Positions 48,536 to 58,229 of a stretch of DNA of 64,000 bases are shown piece after piece; position 1 is the first letter of the stretch, and each line of letters opens with the position of its first letter. The notes under the pieces are model-generated. The model was given only the letters and a program-made list of their open reading frames with translations. It was not told the DNA's origin and made no database searches. The stretch is from Trueperaceae bacterium (lineage in GTDB: Bacteria > Deinococcota > Deinococci > Deinococcales > Trueperaceae): contig CBDCDZ010000004.1 of assembly GCA_965215565.1 (NCBI GenBank), positions 3,776,001-3,840,000 on the forward strand, in the 5' to 3' direction. The position numbers and the translations under genes were made by a program.

Positions 48536-48769
48536 GAGCCCTCCCTCATTGAGTGGGTTGCTTTACACTAGGTCAAGTATGCCTCACGCAGCAAGTGTAA
48601 AGTGCGTGTAGTTGGGAGGTGTGTACACGTAAGAGGTGGTGTAGGAATGGTGTGGGTACACCGTTTTGGGCTCGAGTCAGTTTACTTCGTGCTCAGTGCA
48701 GAATGGATGTGTTGACTGAGTAAAGCGGTTTAGCAGTATAAAGTTTTGGTGGGTCAGTGTTGCTATAGA

Positions 48770-49048
48770 CTAAGCACTTTTGGGTAGCACGACAACCTCA
48801 TTGGGTTCTATAAGCGCCGTTTCACGAATAGCGTTCCAGTCAATAACGGCGACCCAAATGTTCTCATCGGTAGAGAAGTGGACGCGCCCGTCCACCTCGA
48901 GGTCTTCGCTGTAGAGCGTGAGATAAAGCCCCTCTTCTAGTGCAATACGCTGCTCGGAGAGGTCTTGCACCGTGCCGACGCAATTGAGCCGCAAACGTCT
49001 CTGTGCGTCAGCGCTGTGAAAGTCGGCGTAGATACGTGGCGTGTTCAT
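48770..49048 (-). CDS. Small hypothetical protein
   Basis: 92 aa with GAG RBS and protein-like composition (PRIYADFH...WVAVIDW). Confidence 0.6.
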   Translation of the reverse strand: MNTPRIYADFHSADAQRRLRLNCVGTVQDLSEQRIALEEGLYLTLYSEDLEVDGRVHFSTDENIWVAVIDWNAIRETALIEPNEVVVLPKSA

Positions 49049-49097
49049 AACTCTAAAAATTGCCTCTTAGAAATCATAAATCATCAGGACGTAAAGT

Positions 49098-49292
49098 TCA
49101 CGCCTTACCCGCGCGATGCTCTGCTAAGGCTTCCTCAGCGAGTTCGGCAAGCAAATCTTGTGATTCGTAAAAAAGTTTGTTCCGGCGCTTTTCCGAAGCA
49201 AGCTCGGCCAAGAGAAGTTCAGCGAGTGCATCTTGTTCGCGCTCCGGTAGCTGTGAGGCTTTGGCGAAGGCTTGCTCGAGGAGCATCGTCAT
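49098..49292 (-). CDS. Putative addiction-module antitoxin-like protein
   Basis: LLEQAFAKASQLPEREQDALA...EALAEHRAGK. TAAACT -10 box upstream. Confidence 0.6.
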   Translation of the reverse strand: MTMLLEQAFAKASQLPEREQDALAELLLAELASEKRRNKLFYESQDLLAELAEEALAEHRAGKA

Positions 49293-49480
49293 AGACTGTA
49301 GTTTACAGTAAAACGGTTCGGTTTGGCTTTGCTATAGTCGAACTTATATTCGGCTCGAAGCTCGTCGTTATCAGAGGGTAGGGTCTTCGTAGTCCTTTCT
49401 CTCATTCCGAGTCGCTTTCCGGGCGCTAATAATACGGACCAAGTTTGAGTGTTCGGTAAAGCTCACTAGGAGCAAAAACT

Positions 49481-50464
49481 TTACTTGTCATCTTTTTCTT
49501 TTCGAGATACTGATCCGCGTAGCTTTGCTACCTCTTCGTAATTTTCGAACACGTCGGACCCGCCAAAGTACCTTCTTATCCCGCGTGACAGTAGATGAAA
49601 AGTCATCGGGTCCACTCCAAGTTCTTCAAGTGGAAACCCGCTCTCCAACACCTCCATAGCTCTCACTAAGTGTAAATTTGCTCGCTTTACTTCTAATGGG
49701 CTACCAGTTTGTGCGGCTTTGTAAACACTTACGCCGAGTTCATATAAGAAAGGAAGCTCTTCTCTAAAAGCGCTGACAGCTACTAATAGGCTAACGGGGT
49801 CGCCTGGTTTTTCTCCAAGCATCGAAGTCAAATCAGCGTAAATTCTATTTTGAAACCTCTTCTTTTTTCTAGTAGTTTGGGGCGTTTCATCAGCAATTTC
49901 TCTAAAGCGTGAATCTAAGGAGCGTACGCTAGCTACAAGTTCTTCTAATACTTCAGCTTGCGATCTAATATGCTTTGCCGTTCTCGATGAATCGGGTATA
50001 GCTCGAATGGTTTTTTCAAAATCAGGCCATAAAGCTTCGAAAAGTTGTCCTGCGCGTCCTTCAGGTACAGAATGCTCTCCAACTTTATTTATTGAGCTAA
50101 CTATCTCGCTTAAACCTTTCTTCTCTACCTTCTTCGCTTGAAACTGGGCAAGAGGTCCCGTAATATCTCTAAAATCTAGATCGAGGAGCAAAGGTATAAC
50201 CTTGCTTCCCTCCATTGATTTGGCTAATGCGCCTGCTTCGAATAGTACCCAAGAAGAGTTGACGTTTTCGCGAGTTGTGCAAACGATGCCGAAATTAGAT
50301 AGTTCTAACTCCTTTGCAACTTCTTCAGCCCAGCGATCACCTGCACTAATATCGGCTTCAGATAACCAAGGCTCTACGTAGTGTAATACGAGAGGTAACC
50401 AATCATGCAACGCTTTAGCAAGTTCCTGGCTGCGTTCTCCGCTCCAACTAATAAAAACCTTCAT
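49481..50464 (-). CDS. TIR domain protein
   Basis: MKVFISWSG, DISAGDRW and WVLFEAGA with catalytic Glu. Lower GC than flanks. Confidence 0.88.
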   Translation of the reverse strand: MKVFISWSGERSQELAKALHDWLPLVLHYVEPWLSEADISAGDRWAEEVAKELELSNFGIVCTTRENVNSSWVLFEAGALAKSMEGSKVIPLLLDLDFRDITGPLAQFQAKKVEKKGLSEIVSSINKVGEHSVPEGRAGQLFEALWPDFEKTIRAIPDSSRTAKHIRSQAEVLEELVASVRSLDSRFREIADETPQTTRKKKRFQNRIYADLTSMLGEKPGDPVSLLVAVSAFREELPFLYELGVSVYKAAQTGSPLEVKRANLHLVRAMEVLESGFPLEELGVDPMTFHLLSRGIRRYFGGSDVFENYEEVAKLRGSVSRKEKDDK

Positions 50465-50539
50465 ATAAAACGCATTTTACAAACTCTTCTATAATATGTG
50501 TGCGAGCTAAGTTGCACGATACGCTCTACTGCGTGAAGT

Positions 50540-51826
<1,287 letters not shown>

Positions 51827-51836
51827 AAGTTTCTCC

Positions 51837-51869
51837 AAAAAAGAAAAATCCCCGAGGATGTCCTCGAGG
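51837..51869 (-). terminator. Attenuator terminator in the aspS leader
   Basis: CCTCGAGG-ACAT-CCTCGGGG followed by ATTTTTCTTTTTT, just before the aspS RBS. Confidence 0.8.
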
Positions 51870-51891
51870 TCTAAAAGCATCGTTGTGACGC

Positions 51892-51942
51892 TTACGCTCC
51901 GATGCACCTGTCATCATTATTGAGTAGCGGAGCGCGTTTCAT
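51892..51942 (-). CDS. Leader peptide MKRAPLLNNDDRCIGA (Asn/Asp attenuator)
   Basis: ATG is 8 nt after the -10 box. Tandem AAT AAT GAT GAC codons lie upstream of the Asp/Asn synthetase. Confidence 0.8.
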   Translation of the reverse strand: MKRAPLLNNDDRCIGA

Positions 51943-51950
51943 TGCTGGGT

Positions 51951-51979
51951 ATCGTAACAGGGTGAGCATAAGATGTCAA
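51951..51979 (-). promoter_or_regulatory. Promoter of the aspS leader
   Basis: TTGACA-17 nt-TACGAT with extended TGn. Confidence 0.8.
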
Positions 51980-52000
51980 CGTAAAAAGCTCCCAGCGGCG

Positions 52001-52498
52001 TTACTTTATAGTACCCAAGCTCAATAGAGAAGAGGTGCTGTCAAAAGGAGGCGTGGCTGAACGCGCCATCCCTTTAAGTTCCTTCAAACCTGCCAAAGCA
52101 GCTCCGCGAACCTCTGAACTGAAGCCCCTAGCCGCAAACTCCTCCTCATCGAGCGTGACGATGTGCATTCTATCCGCCGACACGAAGAGGTCGAGTTCTA
52201 AATCTTCGGAATAAATGGTGTCATGCTTAATGCTTGCAGGTTTCGTCACGTTGCAGTACCAGCCTTTTAACTGGCCTCTTGCACTGCGAATCTCGAAGAT
52301 GTTGAACCACTTATCGGTGTAGTAGTGTTCGTAAAAATGATCCCCTGGCTCAAACGTCATGTAGCCCAAGTCGAGCGCGTCCCGCTCCCACCGCGCGTGG
52401 ATAAGCAGGTGATTCGGCTCGCGCAATAGTTCGAAACCCTGATAGGTGATCTCGGTGCCTTTGCCCGGTTTGAGTAGTTTGACGGTGTAAGGATTCAT
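52001..52498 (-). CDS. DUF402 domain protein
   Basis: WFNIFE, GWYCNV and EDLELDL. Confidence 0.85.
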   Translation of the reverse strand: MNPYTVKLLKPGKGTEITYQGFELLREPNHLLIHARWERDALDLGYMTFEPGDHFYEHYYTDKWFNIFEIRSARGQLKGWYCNVTKPASIKHDTIYSEDLELDLFVSADRMHIVTLDEEEFAARGFSSEVRGAALAGLKELKGMARSATPPFDSTSSLLSLGTIK

Positions 52499-53208
52499 GG
52501 AACACGTGTAAAACGTGCTGGGTTTCGCGACGTTCGCATTGGTACGTCGTCTAAGAGGTTGAGTGTTGCGGCGAAGTCAATATCATCTTCATAGCCCAAA
52601 TTTTGCAGAACGGCAGCGTGGTGAGCACCTAATAGACCGCTCAATATGTCAGGGATTTGCTCCAAGTTTCCTAGCGCAGCCTGACAAGCATACGTAATAT
52701 CAAGAGTTGAATCTAGCTCGAGCAATTCCTTAACAAGAGAACCCGCTCCCAAAACATCATCGAAAGAGGTTTCTCCGTTCGTTCCCGCACAGATGAGGGT
52801 GATATTTTCTTGGGCAACTTCGAGCACCCTCTCTGCTACCGCTCTCGCACTGACAATTGCACCTAAAAAGACATGCTCAATGTCCGAGGTTGTTTCGACT
52901 GCTTTGGAGCCATTTGACGTACATAAAACAGCTTTTTGACCTCTTAGGGATTGGGTGTACTCGAGCGGCGAATTCCCCCCGTCGAAGCCCCCCACCTTCT
53001 CCCCACCTCTTTCGCCTAGAAGGAGTGAGCCCGTTTGAGCCGCCAGACCTCTCGCGTCCTCGACTTCTGCAACGACGAAAAGCTCTGCTAAGCTCTTTGA
53101 AAAGAGGAGGCTCGAGGTGGTCGTCATCCGCAAGATGTCAATTATCACCGCTGTATCGGGTTTGTTGGAATACGTGCTGCTCGGTAAAAACTGAACGTCT
53201 AGGGTCAC
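52495..53208 (-). CDS. 2-phosphosulfolactate phosphatase family (ComB-like)
   Basis: IIDILRMTT, GERGG, GNSP and TSNGS. Confidence 0.88.
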   Translation of the reverse strand: MTLDVQFLPSSTYSNKPDTAVIIDILRMTTTSSLLFSKSLAELFVVAEVEDARGLAAQTGSLLLGERGGEKVGGFDGGNSPLEYTQSLRGQKAVLCTSNGSKAVETTSDIEHVFLGAIVSARAVAERVLEVAQENITLICAGTNGETSFDDVLGAGSLVKELLELDSTLDITYACQAALGNLEQIPDILSGLLGAHHAAVLQNLGYEDDIDFAATLNLLDDVPMRTSRNPARFTRVP

Positions 53209-53328
53209 ACTGGCTTATACCACGCGCCCACCTTTTGCTGCCTTTTGTTAATGTGCAGCGTAATTTGGTATTCTCGATGTCATGGAACGTTCGTCCGACG
53301 CTAAGAACATGACCACGAAAGGGTAGCC

Positions 53329-53628
53329 ATGATTAAAAAGCAACAAGTCAAAAGCCGCAACGTCTGCAAAGTCACCTTCGAACTGCCCGCCGACTTCGAA
53401 GCGGACGCCGTTCACCTCGTCGCGGATTTTACCGATTGGCAAGAGGTTCCTTTTGACAAGCAGAAAAGTGGTAAGTGGAAGCTGGTGCAAGAGGTGGAAC
53501 CCGGCAAAGACTACCAGTTCCGCTACCGCGCCCTCCATAACGACCACGACCACTACTTCAACGACCCCGACGCGGATAGCACTGTGCAGAATGACCAGGG
53601 GACGGAGAATGCGGTGATTAGCTGCTAG
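53329..53628 (+). CDS. Isoamylase early-set / CBM48-like domain protein
   Basis: CKVTFELP, VADFTDW and YQFRY...NDPDAD. Confidence 0.85.
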   Translation: MIKKQQVKSRNVCKVTFELPADFEADAVHLVADFTDWQEVPFDKQKSGKWKLVQEVEPGKDYQFRYRALHNDHDHYFNDPDADSTVQNDQGTENAVISC

Positions 53629-53632
53629 ATAG

Positions 53633-53669
53633 GAGAGGTCCGCAACGTTCGTAAAGTTGCGGACCTCTC
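53633..53669. terminator. Bidirectional hairpin between convergent genes
   Basis: GAGAGGTCCGCAAC...GTTGCGGACCTCTC. Confidence 0.65.
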
Positions 53670-53687
53670 GAGAGTTGGGACTTAAAC

Positions 53688-54005
53688 CTAGTCGCTGAAG
53701 CGAAAAGGGTCAACTGGAATACAAGCGTCTTCCAAGCACACCCAGATGTAGTAGTGGTCCACCTCTGCGCCGCTCACATCGGTAATGCTTTCATGCGTTC
53801 CCTCCTGCAAGTCGAACGCTAGCTCGCCGATCAAAGCAGCAGGAAGAATTGAGGTGGCGTCTTCGGTGACCTCACCTTTTATCATGATGTAAACGTCATC
53901 TTCTGGACGGTATTCCATCGTCTCTACTGCGACATCTTCTTCGCAGCCGAGAAGCGCGAATAGAACGAGGATAAAGGCTAAACTTCTGTAGGTTGTAATT
54001 TTCAT
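53688..54005 (-). CDS. Small lipoprotein ending in IPVDPFRFSD
   Basis: GGAGG RBS and lipobox LLG-C; 105 aa. Confidence 0.8.
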   Translation of the reverse strand: MKITTYRSLAFILVLFALLGCEEDVAVETMEYRPEDDVYIMIKGEVTEDATSILPAALIGELAFDLQEGTHESITDVSGAEVDHYYIWVCLEDACIPVDPFRFSD

Positions 54006-54060
54006 CTGTTCCTCCCTTGAACGAGACGAGATGTTGAGCACCTTTGAGCACGGTTGTGTA

Positions 54061-54990
54061 TTAGGGTTTCATCGCGCTCACCACCTCGAGAAACGCTTGG
54101 AGAATCTCGCTCGGGTAATGCCGACCTGCGAAGCGCGTGAGTTCAGCGATAGCTTCGTCGTGGTTCAGTGCGCGGCGGTAAGGGCGGTTGCTTGTCATCG
54201 CGTCGTAAGCGTCAGCGATTGCTACGATATAAGCTTCGGTAAGTATTTCTTCTCCAGATAAACCGTAGGGATAACCGCTCCCGTCGAGCCTCTCGTGATG
54301 CTGCTCGATGATGGGTCCAGCCTCTTTCATAAAGGTTCGTTCAACCATCTCTCGACCGAAGGTAGGGTGCTTTTTGATAATATCCCATTCCAAAGGTGTG
54401 AGGGCGGAAGGCTTATTGAGTATCTCTACAGGTACATCTACTTTTCCTACATCGTGTAGATAAGCACCATAATCGAGATAGTGGAGGCGATGATGAGGTA
54501 GTCCTAGTACTTTGCCTGCTTCGTAAGAGAGTACCTTCAAGCGACCACAATGGTTCGCTGTGTAACCGTCTTTCTGCTCGACCTCAACGGCGAGTTGCCT
54601 CAGCTCATGTAGTTCGCTGCTGATATGGTGAAAGAAAGGGTACGACGTGAGATATAAAAACTCGACGCTTGTCTCCGTAGTGAAAATGACGGGTTGCTCT
54701 AAATCTTCAGCGATGAGGTAGTCGCCAGAGTTTATTCTTAGTGGTCCTGTAGGCAAGTCACACCGCAACATACCTTTCAGAATGAAGTAAATTTCAGTTA
54801 CCTTGTTATCCTCAGCGGGCGTAAGTGTAATTCGCTTGCCGACTTTCATGGTTGTTCTTACTAGTTCGGCTGTAAGGCGGGTAGATAGAAGGTGAATTTC
54901 GCCCGTATTGGAGCGAGTGACCTCGAGGCTCTCCCCCTGCCGCTTCACACTCAAGCCTTTGGGTAGCGCAGGGATTTTTTCATCGGGCAT
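54061..54990 (-). CDS. HD-GYP cyclic-dinucleotide phosphodiesterase with N-terminal cupin-like sensor domain
   Basis: HDVGK, HHERLDGSGYP and RPYR; N-terminal EIYFILKG...SGDYL. Start uncertain (ORF track gives 55071). Confidence 0.9.
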   Translation of the reverse strand: MPDEKIPALPKGLSVKRQGESLEVTRSNTGEIHLLSTRLTAELVRTTMKVGKRITLTPAEDNKVTEIYFILKGMLRCDLPTGPLRINSGDYLIAEDLEQPVIFTTETSVEFLYLTSYPFFHHISSELHELRQLAVEVEQKDGYTANHCGRLKVLSYEAGKVLGLPHHRLHYLDYGAYLHDVGKVDVPVEILNKPSALTPLEWDIIKKHPTFGREMVERTFMKEAGPIIEQHHERLDGSGYPYGLSGEEILTEAYIVAIADAYDAMTSNRPYRRALNHDEAIAELTRFAGRHYPSEILQAFLEVVSAMKP

Positions 54991-55277
54991 AGAGAAACTA
55001 TACACACCTTTTGGGAATGTGATAGAAAAATGTGAAGTTGTACGTGTAGTTAGCGCGGTTGACCTCAACATCTCTTATCCCCTGAATAAATCTGTGTGGA
55101 TTTCGCGCAGAGAGTGATGATAAGAACGTGTTGCGCAGTCCTATGTTAAGGAATTCACCCTTTTAGAGATATGGAAAATTTAACACCTGTTTTCCCTGGA
55201 CTTCGGCGCGTTTTGCAAGTTAAGGTCATAACTGAAGTGACATTTTGCACTTCAGTAAGTTTGGAGAGGAGATAGAG

Positions 55278-55403
55278 GTGAAAACATTGCGAGTTTTAGT
55301 GGTTCTATTAACGCTTAGCGGTTTTGGCATGGTGCTGGCGGCGGAGTCGAACCCGCAGAGCGACGATACACCTGTGACGAATCCTTTTCGTTTTGACAAC
55401 TGA
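55278..55403 (+). CDS. 41-aa secreted peptide precursor ending in PVTNPFRFDN (not in ORF track)
   Basis: GAGGAG RBS and GTG start; MKTLRVLVVLLTLSGFGMVLAAESNPQSDDTPVTNPFRFDN. Has its own terminator. Confidence 0.8.
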   Translation: MKTLRVLVVLLTLSGFGMVLAAESNPQSDDTPVTNPFRFDN

Positions 55404-55421
55404 AAGCTGGCTTCAATAACG

Positions 55422-55453
55422 AAAGAGCGCACCTCAGCGGGTGCGCCCTTTTT
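55422..55453. terminator. Intrinsic terminator after the peptide gene
   Basis: GCGCACC-TCAGCG-GGTGCGC followed by CCTTTTT. Confidence 0.75.
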
Positions 55454-55478
55454 ACTTTCAAGCGGTTGAGTCAGGACT

Positions 55479-57728
55479 TTAGAACGTCAATACCTCTTCA
55501 TGCGAGCGTAAGCCGTCGGAGAAGGTTAGGTTTAAGGTGTTGCTCCGCGTTTCTAAAACAACCTCACCACTCTCGTCCATTGCTAAGACATTGCCTTGAG
55601 CGTCGCGAACGATCACGGCGTTGTAGGCGCTAACGTCCCAGGTGAGGGTTACTTTGCCGTTTGCGCGCTTCACTTCGGTCTTCTGCGCGGACTGCGTGCG
55701 GAGCGTCATGCCTTGCTCGGCGAGGACGTTGCCGCTACGCTCGACGCGCAGGCTTACGAGGTCACGCGCCTCACCTTCGCTGAGGGGCACGGCGAGGTTG
55801 AAACCGGAGAAGCTGTCAGTAAGGATGTCCGCTACGCTCTGGGTGCTGAAGGGCACATTGAAGAGGGTGCGTCCGGCGCTGTCCGTACCGATGAGGGTGT
55901 AAGGACCGGGTGTCGGGGTGTCGGCGGCAGCCTTTGCTCTAAAGACGGGGTTGAGCGTCACCGCGCCGCGCTCGACGCTGCCGCTCACGATGAGAGCGTT
56001 TTGAGGCAGGCTCTGGCTCCCTAAAGCTTGACTTTGAATGTTGTAGGCGTGGTTCTGGCGGTGCTCTAAGATGCCGTCGTAGGTGTAGTCGCTGATCCAG
56101 GCGGGGTTGCAGTAACCCATGATGTCGGCGTGGCCGCTCGGCGCTTTGAGGGTCTGCGTGCTCTTATCGAAGCCCCACACGCCGATCTGGCCCTCATCGT
56201 GCGGGTAGTGCTTGTCGCCGCTAACTTTGCAGGGCGCGTGGCTGCGGTTCCAGTTGTGACCTAGCTCGTGCGCCATGACCTTGCTGCGGCTTCCCGCTCT
56301 GTTCCAACCCACCGAGACGGGCTTGCCACCTACCCAGCCTACCCCCGCAATGCCGCTGCTGTAGCCGGGGGCCACCACGCCGTAGTAGAGGTCCGTGCTG
56401 CCGTCCATTGCGCGCAAATTCGTGAGTTGCGATAAGAGCGTGTTCCAGCCCCTATCGTTTCTCGCCTCTAGCGTGCCGCTAAAGGTGTAAGGCTCGTGGA
56501 CCGTGACGTTGATCTTGCTGAGCGGGTACATCAAGCGGGTCTGCTGCAAGAGGTCGTCTTGCGCTGCCTGGTCGAGCGTGGGCGCGCTGCCCCCGTAGCT
56601 TACAGGCACGAGCGTGAGGTTGAGCGTGGGCGCTTGCGTGACGCTGAGGGCGACGAAGCCCGAGGCGGGGTAGCGGTTGTTCGCTTCGTCGCGCTCAGCG
56701 ACTTCGTTGTCCGGGTCGATCTCCACCGCAACCCTGAGACCGGGGGTGATGAGCGCTTCGTCCAACATGGCGTTAAAGGTGCTGCCGAGGTCACCCTCGT
56801 CCGTTTGAGTGGGGACGCTCGCGGGACTGGAGAGGTCGAGGTGCCCTTCGACTTGACCGTTTTTGTAGTGAAGGCGCACGGTGACCTCTTGACTGTTGAG
56901 CTGATTCGCGCGGACAAAGGCGCGAACCAAACCTTCGCGCTCAGCGACGAGGGCGCGGCGCTCGTGGGGAGGGCGGTGCGAGTCCGCCGCTGGCACCGCC
57001 TGGTTGATGTAAAAGCGCTCGAACTTGAGGTCTAGGGTGGCGGCGTTTTCCACATCGCAGTCGCGAACAACCGTGAGGGTTGTGTCCGCGCCGCTACCGC
57101 TGATGCTCAGCTCGGCGCGCTCACGCTTGGGCTCGGTGCAGGGGCTGACGCTCAGCTCGAGCGTGTCGCTCTCGCCCGCGCCTAACGTTCCCGAGGCGCG
57201 CGCCGGGATGAGCCAGTCTTGACTGCTCGAGAGGGTGTAGTCGCTGCTCATCTGTCCGCTATTGCTGAGCGTGACGCTGCGCGTGACCGCTCGGCTGCTC
57301 ACGCTCTCCTGTCCGCTGACGGTTAGGGTGTGGGCGCTCAGCCACCACACGGGTCCTTCGTTCACGCCGCAGGCGAGGGTCATCGGAATGACTACGGTGG
57401 GGGTGGTTGCGCCGTCCGAGGTGACGGTGAGATCGCTTTGGAGCGTGCCCGCGTCGCACTGCGCGCTGACCTCTAAGGTGCGCGCTTGGTTGGCGTCTAA
57501 ACGCCCTTTGTGTGGGGTGACGCTGACGCGCGCGTCGCTGCTCTTAACTTCGAAGGTGAGGGGCGCGCCGCCCTCGTTGGCGAGGCGCAAGGTGGTGCCG
57601 GCGCTCGAGCTTGCCACAACTGGCTCAGCGAGCTTCGCTTCGATCACCTGGTTGTCCGCGCCGCCGCACGCGGCGAGCAGCGAGACGCAGAAAAATCCCA
57701 AAATGTGTAGAACGGTACGTGCGTGCAT
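55479..57728 (-). CDS. Lipoprotein zinc metallopeptidase (M66-like) with BACON/Ig-like domains
   Basis: Lipobox LAAC, AHELGHNWNRSHAPC and DIMGYC Met-turn. Confidence 0.85.
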   Translation of the reverse strand: MHARTVLHILGFFCVSLLAACGGADNQVIEAKLAEPVVASSSAGTTLRLANEGGAPLTFEVKSSDARVSVTPHKGRLDANQARTLEVSAQCDAGTLQSDLTVTSDGATTPTVVIPMTLACGVNEGPVWWLSAHTLTVSGQESVSSRAVTRSVTLSNSGQMSSDYTLSSSQDWLIPARASGTLGAGESDTLELSVSPCTEPKRERAELSISGSGADTTLTVVRDCDVENAATLDLKFERFYINQAVPAADSHRPPHERRALVAEREGLVRAFVRANQLNSQEVTVRLHYKNGQVEGHLDLSSPASVPTQTDEGDLGSTFNAMLDEALITPGLRVAVEIDPDNEVAERDEANNRYPASGFVALSVTQAPTLNLTLVPVSYGGSAPTLDQAAQDDLLQQTRLMYPLSKINVTVHEPYTFSGTLEARNDRGWNTLLSQLTNLRAMDGSTDLYYGVVAPGYSSGIAGVGWVGGKPVSVGWNRAGSRSKVMAHELGHNWNRSHAPCKVSGDKHYPHDEGQIGVWGFDKSTQTLKAPSGHADIMGYCNPAWISDYTYDGILEHRQNHAYNIQSQALGSQSLPQNALIVSGSVERGAVTLNPVFRAKAAADTPTPGPYTLIGTDSAGRTLFNVPFSTQSVADILTDSFSGFNLAVPLSEGEARDLVSLRVERSGNVLAEQGMTLRTQSAQKTEVKRANGKVTLTWDVSAYNAVIVRDAQGNVLAMDESGEVVLETRSNTLNLTFSDGLRSHEEVLTF

Positions 57729-57761
57729 AAGCCCTCCCGGATACTGCTGTGGGAGGGCGTG

Positions 57762-57855
57762 TAGCAGGTCTCATCTGGTCTGAACCAGTCTCAGCAGATG
57801 AAGTGCTGTCTAACGCGCACTTGATGGTGATGATATCTGCGTGATTCAAGCTCAG
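57762..57855. mobile_element. Partial MITE-like element
   Basis: TAGCAGGTCTCATCTGGTCTGAA left end plus conserved gcgcac...gtgatgat block. Confidence 0.6.
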
Positions 57856-57878
57856 TTACAGAGAACCGCTGTAACCCG

Positions 57879-57950
57879 TCCCGTCGGTTGCACCACTGGC
57901 TCCACTCATCCCAGGTGCCCAGATACGGAATGAGTTTCATCGCTACGGAA
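57879..57950 (-). ncRNA. c-di-GMP-II riboswitch
   Basis: Minus strand reads GTAGCGATGAA-ACTCATTCC-GTATCTGGGCACCT-GGGATGAGT-GGAGCCAGTGGTGCAACCGAC. It has a 9-bp stem, a GCAC/GTGC pseudoknot and the conserved TGAA, GGGCAC and GTGCAACC blocks. Confidence 0.85.
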
Positions 57951-58229
57951 ACTTTCTATAGGTATTAAAGCAGATGCGCCCCGAGGGGGTTGTGAAGTCC
58001 TTACGCCGTCAGGAACGAGTTAAAATTGTCATGTTGGGAACTAGACCAAGGTATCGTATGGATTCTGGTTGAAGCCACGACAAAAGGCATTCGCATTTTT
58101 CCGTCGTTTGCAAAAAGAGCGAGATTTCGTAACGGCGTCTCGTGCGGTGACTGTTAGAAGGTCATGCAACCGCTGCAGAACTTTGAACGCGCTCTACAAC
58201 CACTATACTTTAAGAGGTTCAGGTGAATG

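Noticed and set aside
51827..51960. T-box riboswitch upstream of aspS
   Set aside because: The leader is too short and lacks the TGGNACC T-box. A leader peptide explains it.
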